This document shows, in pieces, positions 51,381 through 60,796 of a stretch of DNA of 64,000 bases. The stretch lies in assembly GCA_025728475.1 (NCBI GenBank), contig JAOBJN010000003.1, forward strand, positions 10,784 to 74,783, in the 5' to 3' direction. Position 1 is the first letter of the stretch. Each line of letters begins with the position of its first letter. The translations under genes were made by a program, and so were the position numbers. Below the pieces are notes generated by a model. It was not told the DNA's origin. It saw only the letters and a program-made list of their open reading frames with translations, and did no database searches. The DNA comes from Candidatus Lightella neohaematopini. Lineage in GTDB: Bacteria > Pseudomonadota > Gammaproteobacteria > Enterobacterales > Enterobacteriaceae.

Positions 51381-52049
51381 ATGACAAGTATAATTAATTG
51401 GAATAATCTATTAAAACATGAGTGGAAAAAAGATTATTTTAAAAAAATAATAAAATTTATAAAAGATAGAAAATCTGATGGATATGAGATATATCCAAAT
51501 AATAATAGAATATTTCATGCTCTAAATATAACAAAATTTAATAAAGTTAAAATTGTTATAATTGGACAAGATCCATATCATAATCCAAAACAAGCAGATG
51601 GTTTAGCTTTTTCTGTTAATAAAGGTATAAAAATTCCATTATCATTACTTAATATTTTTAGAGAATTAAAAAGTAGTGTTGATAATTTTATTATTCCAAG
51701 TCATGGAAATTTATATAGTTGGGCTATACAAGGAGTATTATTACTTAATTCTATACTTACAGTAGAAAAAAATAAACCATTATCTCATTCACAGATAGGA
51801 TGGGAATTATTTACTAATAAAATTATAAAAATATTAGATTTTTATCATAATGGATTAATATTTTTATTATGGGGTAATTTTGCTAAAAAAAAAATCAAAT
51901 ATATAAATAAAAGTAAACATTTTATATTAACAACATCACATCCATCACCATACTCTGTAAATTTAGGATTTTTTGGTTGCAAACATTTTACCATAGCTAA
52001 TAATATTCTTATTAAGCAAAATAAAAAACCAATAAATTGGATAATATAA
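51381..52049 (+). CDS. ung: Uracil-DNA glycosylase
   Basis: The 222-aa ORF contains GQDPYH (catalytic Asp) and SHPSP (catalytic His). Confidence 0.95.
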   Translation: MTSIINWNNLLKHEWKKDYFKKIIKFIKDRKSDGYEIYPNNNRIFHALNITKFNKVKIVIIGQDPYHNPKQADGLAFSVNKGIKIPLSLLNIFRELKSSVDNFIIPSHGNLYSWAIQGVLLLNSILTVEKNKPLSHSQIGWELFTNKIIKILDFYHNGLIFLLWGNFAKKKIKYINKSKHFILTTSHPSPYSVNLGFFGCKHFTIANNILIKQNKKPINWII

Positions 52050-52070
52050 CTAAATTTATTAATTATACTA

Positions 52071-52658
52071 TTATCTAGATACTGTAACTATAGCTGGTCG
52101 TATTAATCTTTTATTTAAAGTATAACCTTTTTGTACTATACAAATTACTTGATTAGGCTCATATTTACCAGATTTATCTATATTAATAGCTTGATGTATA
52201 GATGGATCAAATTGAACTAAGTTTTCATCTATTAAGTCTAATCCAAATTTACGCATAACACTGATTAAAGATTGTAATGTTAACTCAATACCCTTCTTTG
52301 TAGAAGATAATGCATCATCTTTGCCTATTGTAATTAATGCCCTTTCGAGATTATCAATTACTGGTAATAATTCAATCATAAAATTTTCTAAAGCAAATTT
52401 ATGAGCTTTTTCTATATCTTGTATACTTCGACGACGGATATTCTCAATTTCAGCTTTTGCTCTTAGCACGTAATCACGTTCTTTTTGCTTTAACTCAATA
52501 ATAGATAATTCTAATTCATTTATACGTTGATCTCTAACATCTAATTTAGTAGATTGTTCTAAATTAGAATCATTTAAAAATTCTTGACTACTACTGTTTT
52601 CTTGATTTTCTAAATCTTTCTGATCATCATGAGTACTTTGTTCTTTACTAATTTCCAT
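52071..52658 (-). CDS. grpE: Nucleotide exchange factor GrpE
   Basis: The 195-aa ORF contains RA.AE.ENIRRR, LLPV.DNLERAL and a conserved C-terminal beta domain. A GGAG Shine-Dalgarno sequence lies 7 nt upstream. Confidence 0.95.
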   Translation of the reverse strand: MEISKEQSTHDDQKDLENQENSSSQEFLNDSNLEQSTKLDVRDQRINELELSIIELKQKERDYVLRAKAEIENIRRRSIQDIEKAHKFALENFMIELLPVIDNLERALITIGKDDALSSTKKGIELTLQSLISVMRKFGLDLIDENLVQFDPSIHQAINIDKSGKYEPNQVICIVQKGYTLNKRLIRPAIVTVSR

Positions 52659-52698
52659 TAGTTCTCCATTATCTATTAATAATAATAATCAGAAATAT

Positions 52699-52728
52699 TA
52701 ATGGGGATTAATAATAAATATTTCAAGT
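52699..52728 (-). promoter_or_regulatory. Candidate sigma-32 (RpoH) heat-shock promoter of grpE
   Basis: On the minus strand the sequence reads CTTGAAA (52727-52721), then a 14-nt spacer, then CCCCATTA (52706-52699). This compares with the E. coli sigma-32 consensus CTTGAAA-N13-17-CCCCATnT. The -10 element lies about 40 nt upstream of the grpE ATG. A CCCC run is rare in this AT-rich intergenic DNA. Confidence 0.6.
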
Positions 52729-52771
52729 AAATTATATTAATACATATAAATAATAAGGATATATAATTATT

Positions 52772-53653
52772 ATGACTAATAATTTTAATACAATAGGTAT
52801 TATTTGTTATTCTTGTTGCAAAAAAATTCTTTTTGTATGTAAGAAATTATATTATTGGTTAAATAAAAATGGATATAATATTATAATAGATAGTAGAATT
52901 ATTAATAATTTATCTATTGATAAAATAAATAATGGCAATGTTAATTATATAGGTAAACAAGCAGATTTAGCTATTGTTGTTGGAGGTGATGGAAATATGT
53001 TAGGTGCTATACGTAGCTTAGCATATTACAAAATTAAAATTATAGGTATAAATTGTGGTAATTTAGGATTTTTAACTGATATAAATTATAATTCATTATT
53101 ACAACAACTATCTGAAATACTATCTGGTAACTATATAGCAGAAAAAAGGTTTTTATTAGAGGCATATTATATTCTTAATGGTAAAAAGAAAAAAATTGGT
53201 AATGCAATTAATGAAATTTTACTAAGATCTAATAGTATTAGATCTATGATAAATATTTTAGTTTATATTGACAATAAATTTGCGTTTTTAAATTATGCTG
53301 ATGGTTTAATAATTTCTACACCAACTGGATCTACAGCTTATTCATTATCAATAGGTGGGCCAATTATTACACCATTGGTTAAAGCTATTATGTTATTACC
53401 TATATTTCCTCATACATTATCATCTAGACCAATAATTATTAAAAGCACTAGTATTGTAAAATTACTGTTTCCTAAAAATAATAAAAATATAAAAGTCAGT
53501 TGTGATAATCAGGTGGATTTTGTATTAAATACAAAAAAAAAAATATATATACGTAGTGGTAACAAATATTTTAATTTAATACATCCAATAAAATATAATT
53601 ATTTTAATTTATTAAGAAAAAAATTATTCTGGCTAAAAAATTATAGAAACTAA
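52772..53653 (+). CDS. nadK: NAD kinase
   Basis: The 293-aa ORF contains VVGGDGNMLGA, GIN.GNLGFLTD and STPTGSTAYSLS.GGPI. It also contains an in-frame A11 tract. Confidence 0.95.
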   Translation: MTNNFNTIGIICYSCCKKILFVCKKLYYWLNKNGYNIIIDSRIINNLSIDKINNGNVNYIGKQADLAIVVGGDGNMLGAIRSLAYYKIKIIGINCGNLGFLTDINYNSLLQQLSEILSGNYIAEKRFLLEAYYILNGKKKKIGNAINEILLRSNSIRSMINILVYIDNKFAFLNYADGLIISTPTGSTAYSLSIGGPIITPLVKAIMLLPIFPHTLSSRPIIIKSTSIVKLLFPKNNKNIKVSCDNQVDFVLNTKKKIYIRSGNKYFNLIHPIKYNYFNLLRKKLFWLKNYRN

Positions 53654-53730
53654 GTATTATCACTATTAATGAATAGCAAAATTACTTATCTTTAATACAT
53701 TAAAAATAGTAAAATTAAAAAATTTATAAA

Positions 53731-54050
53731 ATGAAAAAAAAATATATTAAATTATTATTAATAGTATTCTTTATAATATTTAATAGTGGTTGTTTTTTTT
53801 TAATAAAATATTAAAATCACAAAATATTATTTATGGTAATTATATTAATAATTTTAACCTAATTAAATTAGGTATGACAAAAAAAGAAGTTATAACATTA
53901 TTTGGAAAACCTTTATTAAATAATATTAATAATAAAAATATTTGGTTCTATATTTATAGAAAAGAATGTAAAAGAGGATTATTGATTATTCAAAGAATAT
54001 TAATAATTAAATTTAACAAAAATATAGTTATAGATTTTATGATAAGATAG
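53731..54050 (+). pseudogene. bamE: Outer-membrane assembly lipoprotein BamE (SmpA) interrupted by a -1 frameshift in a T9 tract (53793-53801)
   Basis: The frame starting at 53731 encodes a lipoprotein signal, MKKKYIKLLLIVFFIIFNSGC, and stops at 53812. The mature part (..NIIYGNYIN...GMTKKEV...GKP......NIWFYIY), which matches E. coli BamE, is in the frame of ORF 53790-54050. One extra T would join the two frames. Confidence 0.8.
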
Positions 54051-54094
54051 TATTATTATTTTCCGTAATATTTAAACTACCTATAATTATAAAA

Positions 54095-54559
54095 GTGAGT
54101 AAAAATAATATAATTTGCATAAAAAAAAATATTTCCGTTAATTATGATTTGCAAAAAGAAATTGATGTCGGAATTATTCTTCATGGTTGGGAAATAAAAT
54201 CATTAAGAAAAAATAAGATAAATATAAAGTATAGTTACGTATCTATAATAGATAGAGAAGCTTACTTAATTAATTCTGAATTTCAACCATTAATTACTTC
54301 AAGTATTAATTCTATTGATATAAAAAGAAATAGAAAACTATTATTAAAAAAACAAGAATTATATCTTTTATCTAATTATATTAAACAAAAAGGATATACT
54401 GTAATACCATTATTAATATTCTGGAAAAAACATTTAGTAAAAATAAAGATTGGTATAGTAAAGGGTAAAAAAAATTATGATAAAAGAATGCATATAAAAC
54501 GTAAGGAATGGTTAATAACCAAATCTAGAAATATAAAAAATTTATATAAAAAATATTGA
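54095..54559 (+). CDS. smpB: SsrA-binding protein SmpB
   Basis: The 154-aa ORF has a GTG start and contains GWEIKSLR, RKLLL...E and the basic C-terminal tail KGKKNYDKR. It lies directly upstream of ssrA. Confidence 0.93.
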   Translation: MSKNNIICIKKNISVNYDLQKEIDVGIILHGWEIKSLRKNKINIKYSYVSIIDREAYLINSEFQPLITSSINSIDIKRNRKLLLKKQELYLLSNYIKQKGYTVIPLLIFWKKHLVKIKIGIVKGKKNYDKRMHIKRKEWLITKSRNIKNLYKKY

Positions 54560-54594
54560 AAATATTATCAATTATTATTAGTATTATTTTGTTA

Positions 54595-54959
54595 GGGGCT
54601 GTTTATGGATTTGACAATTTGTAATTACTTATAGTTCATGTCGAGGATTAGGTAACCACGTAAAAACCTTAAATTGTTAAATGCAAATAGTAAGTATAAA
54701 CCAATAGCTTTAGCTGCTTAGTTTATTGTTAAAGTGTATGGTTAAAAGTACTTTTTATTCCTAGGTAAAAAGTATTATTATTGTAAATTCTAGGGTATAG
54801 ATATTTTATTGAGCTTGACAGTAAAATATTATTTAGTTATTCAAGATAACTGTTAAGATTAATTTGTTCATATTAACTTAACATAAATAAAATGAACTAA
54901 ACATGTAATACTATTAGTAAACTATAATTTGGACGCGGGTTCGAATCCCGCCAGCTCCA
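54595..54959 (+). ncRNA. ssrA: tmRNA (SsrA)
   Basis: The 5' end GGGGCTGTTTATGGATTTGAC and the 3' end GGACGCGGGTTCGAATCCCGCCAGCTCCA match the E. coli ssrA termini. The acceptor stem carries a G3:U70 pair. An internal tag ORF is present. No CCA is encoded. Confidence 0.93.
54683..54721 (+). other. tmRNA tag reading frame encoding ANSKYKPIALAA plus a stop codon
   Basis: The resume codon GCA at 54683 is followed by aat agt aag tat aaa cca ata gct tta gct gct tag. It occupies the same relative position as the E. coli ANDENYALAA frame. Confidence 0.8.
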
Positions 54960-55269
54960 TTTTTATTGAATTTATATTGAGAAAATATAATTCACCTAAC
55001 ATTATTAAAATAATTATAAATTTATTAATACTAAAATATATTTTTATACTAATTAAAAGTAAGCTGATAATTATTAATTTTTTAATTAGAAATTAATAAT
55101 TATATTTTATAGATTAATTATTAATAAATTTTTAATATATTTATGTAAAATTAAATTATTAATTCACTTAATAAAGTTAATTATTAATACAGTTTTTAAT
55201 AAACATAGTTTATTAATTTAAATTAAATATTATTAATTAGTTTAATAATTCTAAGTTAAAAAATAAAAT

Positions 55270-56334
55270 ATGAATATTAACAATAAATTATTTAGTGTTA
55301 CTGTTTCTACAATAACTTTAATAATATTATATTTTTTTAAAAATTATTGTTCAATTTTTGTGTTAATTATAAGTAATTTAGTTACTATATTATCTATTAT
55401 TATTAATACCTTTAATACTGTGCGCCATGCAGATGTTCTTGCTCATAGACTAGGCGAACCATTTGGTTCATTAATTTTAACATTGTCAGTAGTTATTTTA
55501 GAAGCTAGTTTAATAGCAGCTTTAATGATTACAAATAATAATGTATCTACATTAATGCGTGATACATTATATTCAGTTATTATGATTGTAACAACTGGAT
55601 TAGTTGGATTATCACTATTATTAGGAGGTAGAAAATTTGATACTCAATCATTAAATTTAGCAGGTATTAAGCAATATTTAATGGCAATTATATTATTGTC
55701 TATTATAGTTCTTATTTTCCCTTCTACATTACCAAATGGTAATTTTAATACTATACAAACTATTATTATAGGTATATTATGTATAGTAATGTACGGAGTA
55801 TTTTTGTTGATACAAACACATACCCATCAAAGTTGGTTTATTTATGAACATGAAGATGTTGATAGTTATATTCAATCTATACACACATCACTATGGCATA
55901 GCTTTTGGTTAGTAATACATTTATTATTTGTTATTATTACTATTAAACTTAATGCTAGTTCGTTAAATAAATTACTAACAATAATTAATGCACCAAAACA
56001 AATTGCTGGATTTTTAATAGCATCATTAACTTTATCTCCTGAAGGTTTAGGGGCAATACGCGCAGTACTAAATAATCAAGCACAAAGAGCTATGAATTTA
56101 TTATTTGGCTCTGTTCTTGCTACAATATCATTAACAGTACCAACTGTAATTATGTTATCATTTATCACAAAACAACAAATATTTTTTAGCTTAACTTTAC
56201 CCCAATGTATTGCATTGTTAACTACTTTAGTAGTTTGTCAAGTATCATTATCTACTGGTAGAACTAATATTTTAAATGGAACAACACATTTAGCTTTATT
56301 TATTATGTACTTAATTACAATTTTATTATATTAA
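55270..56334 (+). CDS. chaA: Ca2+/H+ (Na+/H+) antiporter ChaA
   Basis: The 354-aa polytopic membrane ORF contains VRHADVLAHRLGEPFGSLILTLSVVILE, as E. coli ChaA does. Confidence 0.88.
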   Translation: MNINNKLFSVTVSTITLIILYFFKNYCSIFVLIISNLVTILSIIINTFNTVRHADVLAHRLGEPFGSLILTLSVVILEASLIAALMITNNNVSTLMRDTLYSVIMIVTTGLVGLSLLLGGRKFDTQSLNLAGIKQYLMAIILLSIIVLIFPSTLPNGNFNTIQTIIIGILCIVMYGVFLLIQTHTHQSWFIYEHEDVDSYIQSIHTSLWHSFWLVIHLLFVIITIKLNASSLNKLLTIINAPKQIAGFLIASLTLSPEGLGAIRAVLNNQAQRAMNLLFGSVLATISLTVPTVIMLSFITKQQIFFSLTLPQCIALLTTLVVCQVSLSTGRTNILNGTTHLALFIMYLITILLY

Positions 56335-56336
56335 TT

Positions 56337-57173
56337 TTAAAATGATTTTACAATATCATCTATAGATTTAACTTGATTTAGTAAAACTTTTAATTGTTTA
56401 ATTGGTAATATAGATGCACTATCACATTTTGCTTTGTCTGGATTAGGATGTGATTCAATAAATAATCCGGCTATGCCGGTAGCAATACCAGATTTAGCTA
56501 ATTCATTTGTTTGTTTACTTCTTCCTTCAGAAACTGCATTATATGGATTATTACGACATTGTAATGAATGTGTAACATCAAAAATTATAGGACAACCATT
56601 AGAAATATTTTTCATAATAGAAAATCCTAACATATCAACTACTAAATTATTATAACCAAACATAGTTCCTCGTTCACAAATAATAATATTATTGTTACCA
56701 AAATTACGAAATTTATTTACTATATGAATTACTTGATGTGGACTAATAAATTGAGGTTTTTTAATGTTAACTACTTTTTTAGCTTCAGCTATAGTACGAA
56801 TAAGATCAGTTTGTCTAGCTAAAAAAGCTGGTAATTGAATAATATCAACTACAGATTTTACAATATCAACTTGATATCTTTCATGTACATCTGTCATAAT
56901 TGGTACATTAAACTGACTCTTTAGTTCAGAAAAAATACTTATACTGTAATCTAAATCTAAACCTCTGTATGAATTAATCGAAGTACGATTTGCTTTATCA
57001 AAAGATGCTTTAAATATATAAGGAATACCAAGATTATCAGTAATATTTTTATAATATTCACATACATACATAGCTAGATCTCTAGATTCTAATACATTTA
57101 AACCACCAAATAATACGAATGGCAAATCATTTGATATTTTGATATTTTTTATTTTTATTACAATGTTACGCAT
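56337..57173 (-). CDS. kdsA: 2-dehydro-3-deoxyphosphooctonate aldolase (KDO-8-P synthase)
   Basis: The 278-aa ORF contains [22 protein letters not shown] and FDVTHSLQ. Confidence 0.95.
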   Translation of the reverse strand: MRNIVIKIKNIKISNDLPFVLFGGLNVLESRDLAMYVCEYYKNITDNLGIPYIFKASFDKANRTSINSYRGLDLDYSISIFSELKSQFNVPIMTDVHERYQVDIVKSVVDIIQLPAFLARQTDLIRTIAEAKKVVNIKKPQFISPHQVIHIVNKFRNFGNNNIIICERGTMFGYNNLVVDMLGFSIMKNISNGCPIIFDVTHSLQCRNNPYNAVSEGRSKQTNELAKSGIATGIAGLFIESHPNPDKAKCDSASILPIKQLKVLLNQVKSIDDIVKSF

Positions 57174-57212
57174 AAACTTTATTAATTATTTAGTTAAATA
57201 TTCGTAATAATA

Positions 57213-58064
57213 TTATAATGATTGACCAAAACTAAATCTTTCATAATTATTATAATCGTAACCAGTACCTACATTTTTAAATCCAGTTTTTTTTAAAGTA
57301 TTTCTTACAAAATTACCTTGTTGATAACCATGTTCTAATATTAACCAGCCATTATATGCTAAAAATTTTTTTGATTGATAACAAATTAGTTTTAAATACA
57401 TTAGTCCATCATAACCAGCTAAAAATGCTGTTTTAGGTTCAAAATATAATTCTGGTTGCGCGTTGTGCCAATCACTAATTTTTAAATATGGAGGATTACT
57501 AACAATTATATTATAATCATAAAATTTTATATTACTAAACCAATCACTAAGAATAAACTTAATATTATACAATTTTAATTTCATAGCATTATATTTAGCT
57601 ATATTTAATGTTTTGATACAGTAATCAACACCAGTAATTATCCATTTTGGTTTTTCTTTTGCTAAAATTAAAGATATTATTCCACTACCAGTTCCTAGAT
57701 CTAATACTAACATTTTTTTATTAGATGATAAATTTAAAATATATTCTACTAAACATTCTGTATCCGCTCTAGGAATCATTGTATTGTAAGACACATAAAT
57801 TTTTAATGACCAAAATTCATGATATCCTAAAATGTATGCTAATGGTTCTCTGTTAATTCTTCTAAAGGTTAATTGCATTAATTTATTATATTGCTTATAT
57901 GTTAATTTTTTATCTTTTAATAAAATTAGTTTATTACGTTCATTATTAGTTACTTTACTTAAAAGTATTTCAGCTTCTAATTTATGATTATTTATGCCTG
58001 CTAATAATAATTTATTACTAGCATATTTTAACCAATTATCATAATTAACAACATTTATACTCAT
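57213..58064 (-). CDS. prmC: Release factor glutamine methyltransferase
   Basis: The 283-aa ORF contains DLGTGSG and NPPY. It overlaps the prfA stop codon by ATGA. Confidence 0.92.
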   Translation of the reverse strand: MSINVVNYDNWLKYASNKLLLAGINNHKLEAEILLSKVTNNERNKLILLKDKKLTYKQYNKLMQLTFRRINREPLAYILGYHEFWSLKIYVSYNTMIPRADTECLVEYILNLSSNKKMLVLDLGTGSGIISLILAKEKPKWIITGVDYCIKTLNIAKYNAMKLKLYNIKFILSDWFSNIKFYDYNIIVSNPPYLKISDWHNAQPELYFEPKTAFLAGYDGLMYLKLICYQSKKFLAYNGWLILEHGYQQGNFVRNTLKKTGFKNVGTGYDYNNYERFSFGQSL

Positions 58065-59113
58065 TTTTTAAAATAAAAATTAGATAATGGTTGAATAATT
58101 AAATCTAATTCACCATTAAATATATCTTCTAGACGATATAATGTTAAATTTATTCTATGATCAGTTACACGACGTTGTGGAAAATTATAAGTTCTAATTC
58201 TATCAGATCGATCTCCACTACCTAATAAAATTCTTCTTGTAAAAATTTCTTTTTTTTGTTTTTCTTTTAGTTTTAAATTATTTAATCTTGCTACTAAAAC
58301 AGACATAGCTTTAGCTTTATTTTTATGTTGAGAACGTTCATCTTGACATTCTACGGTTATACCTGTTGGTATATGTGTTATTCTAATAGCAGAATTAGTA
58401 GTATTAACATGTTGTCCACCTGCTCCAGAAGATTTGAAACTATCAATTCTTAAATCATTATTATTAATAACTATTTTTGATTCTTGAACTATAGGAATCA
58501 CAGCAACTGTGCAAGTAGAAGTATGCACACGTCCTTGTGATTCAGTAACTGGTATTCTTTGTACTCTATGTCCACCAGATTCAAACATTAAATAATTATA
58601 AGCATTTTTATTATTTATTTTAATTATTATTTCCTTATAACCACCTAAATAATTATAATTAGTATTGACTATTTCAGTATTCCAATTTTTATTTTCACTA
58701 AATTGACTATACATATATAATAAGTCGCTAGCAAATAATGATGCTTCATTTCCTCCAGTACCAGCTCTAATTTCTAAAAAACAACCATGTTGATTAATAT
58801 TATCTTCTTTAGAAAGAATATTAATAATTTTTTTTTCTATTATTAATTTATTTTTATTACATAGTTGTAATTCTTCTATAACTAAATCTTTTAGTTCAAA
58901 ATTATTAATTAACTTTTTAGTATTATTTATATTTTCATTTATGTTTAACCATTGTTTAAAATATTTTACTATTTTTGCTAATTCATTATATTCTTTTGAT
59001 AAAGTTAAAAATAGTTTTTTATTAGAAATAATGTTTTTTTTGCTTAATAAAATTTCAACTTCATTAAAACGATGTTTTTTATTATGTAGTTTTGTTATTA
59101 AATTTTTATCCAT
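58061..59113 (-). CDS. prfA: Peptide chain release factor 1
   Basis: The 350-aa ORF has the P-x-T recognition motif (PVT) and the GGQ motif (SGAGGQHVN). Confidence 0.96.
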   Translation of the reverse strand: MDKNLITKLHNKKHRFNEVEILLSKKNIISNKKLFLTLSKEYNELAKIVKYFKQWLNINENINNTKKLINNFELKDLVIEELQLCNKNKLIIEKKIINILSKEDNINQHGCFLEIRAGTGGNEASLFASDLLYMYSQFSENKNWNTEIVNTNYNYLGGYKEIIIKINNKNAYNYLMFESGGHRVQRIPVTESQGRVHTSTCTVAVIPIVQESKIVINNNDLRIDSFKSSGAGGQHVNTTNSAIRITHIPTGITVECQDERSQHKNKAKAMSVLVARLNNLKLKEKQKKEIFTRRILLGSGDRSDRIRTYNFPQRRVTDHRINLTLYRLEDIFNGELDLIIQPLSNFYFKK

Positions 59114-59271
59114 AATTAATATATAATAAATTAGTTTAAAAATTAGTACATATAATTATAATTACTAATCTATTGTTAAAATTATAATTAATGATAAAAT
59201 CACATCAATGTAATTTTAATTTTTTAGTTAAAGCTAATGTTATAATAACTATCATGTAAACAAAAGATATA

Positions 59272-59895
59272 ATGAGTAAAAATTTTACAAATTATTTTAG
59301 TAAGTTATTAATTATTACATACTTAAGTTTATTTAGTGCATGTCATAATGATATGAAAATAATTAATAATAATTATTATAATTGGAATCATCAACAACAA
59401 CTACTACTAAATATTAAACATTATAAATTAAATGGGTTAATTACTTATATATCAAAACAATATAATATTAGTGCTAATTTTCATTGGCAACAAATTAATA
59501 AAAATAATTACAGATTTGTTTTAACTAATCAATTTAATACTATTAAATTATGTTTAAACGTTATAAATAATACTACAAAATTAATTATAAATAATAATGT
59601 TTTTTATTATCAACAATCACCAGATATAATTATAAAAGAATTATTTAATATTAATGTACCTTTTAAATATTTAAATCAAATAGTTTTAGGTATAATTAAC
59701 AACAATCAAAAGTTTATTTTGAATAAATATGGTTATTTAAATAAAGCTACATTATATGATAATAATAATTTGTGGAATATAATTTATAGTAGACATAATT
59801 ATTATCATAATAATATGGTTGTATTATCAAAATATATAGAATTATCTTGTAATGATGTTAATATAAAGATTAAAATTTATAATTGGATAATATAA
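59272..59895 (+). CDS. lolB: Outer-membrane lipoprotein receptor LolB
   Basis: The 207-aa ORF has a lipobox (LFSAC). It lies upstream of ispE and divergent from prfA, as in E. coli. Sequence similarity is modest. Confidence 0.75.
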   Translation: MSKNFTNYFSKLLIITYLSLFSACHNDMKIINNNYYNWNHQQQLLLNIKHYKLNGLITYISKQYNISANFHWQQINKNNYRFVLTNQFNTIKLCLNVINNTTKLIINNNVFYYQQSPDIIIKELFNINVPFKYLNQIVLGIINNNQKFILNKYGYLNKATLYDNNNLWNIIYSRHNYYHNNMVVLSKYIELSCNDVNIKIKIYNWII

Positions 59896-59900
59896 CAAAA

Positions 59901-60776
59901 ATGACTAATTATTGTTTACCATCACCAGCGAAAATTAATTTATTATTACATATTATAGGTTGTAAAAATAATGGTTATCATAAATTACAAACAGTTGTAC
60001 AGTTTATTAATTATAGTGATATAATTAATATTACTGTAACTAAAAATAATATTATTAGTTTATCTAGTAATACTAATAAAATAATTTCACAAAATAATTT
60101 AATTATAAAAGCAGTAAAATTGCTAAAATATTTCTGTTTAAAAAACAGATGTATTAATAAGTATTTTGGAATACATATTAAAATAAATAAATTTATTCCT
60201 ATAGGTAGTGGATTAGGTGGAGCTTCATCTAACGTTGCTACAATATTATTAACTTTGAATAAAATTTGGCATTGTAATTTAACATTATCTAATTTAGCAA
60301 AAATAGGTTTGTTACTTGGTACTGATGTGCCACTGTTTATATATGGTCATACAGCTATAGTTGAAGGTATAGGTGATATAAATACTCCAATATCTTTAAA
60401 AGAAAAATGGTATATAATTATTATACCTCCAATAGAAATTTCTACAACTAAAGTATTCAGTTATGTTAATACTAATAATTACTCTGTAATGAAAACTCAT
60501 ACAGAATTATTATATGGTAAATATTATAACGATTTTGAAAGTATAGTAGTCGAAAAATTCCCAATAATAAAAAAATATATTTTATGGTTATCACAATATG
60601 TTCCTGCCAGATTAACCGGAACTGGATCATGTATATTTGCTGAATGTGATAATCAAAATATAGCCTATTCTATTTTATTTAAAAAGCCTAGTGAAGTAAA
60701 AGGTTTTGTAGCTAAAAGTAAAAATATTTCACCGTTACATAGCATTCTTAAAAATAAGAAAATATTTAGTTATTAG
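59901..60776 (+). CDS. ispE: 4-diphosphocytidyl-2-C-methyl-D-erythritol kinase
   Basis: Homology starts at [18 protein letters not shown], so the start is set at 59901. The GHMP kinase motif [12 protein letters not shown] is present. Confidence 0.92.
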   Translation: MTNYCLPSPAKINLLLHIIGCKNNGYHKLQTVVQFINYSDIINITVTKNNIISLSSNTNKIISQNNLIIKAVKLLKYFCLKNRCINKYFGIHIKINKFIPIGSGLGGASSNVATILLTLNKIWHCNLTLSNLAKIGLLLGTDVPLFIYGHTAIVEGIGDINTPISLKEKWYIIIIPPIEISTTKVFSYVNTNNYSVMKTHTELLYGKYYNDFESIVVEKFPIIKKYILWLSQYVPARLTGTGSCIFAECDNQNIAYSILFKKPSEVKGFVAKSKNISPLHSILKNKKIFSY

Positions 60777-60796
60777 TATTTTATTTGGAATTATAT

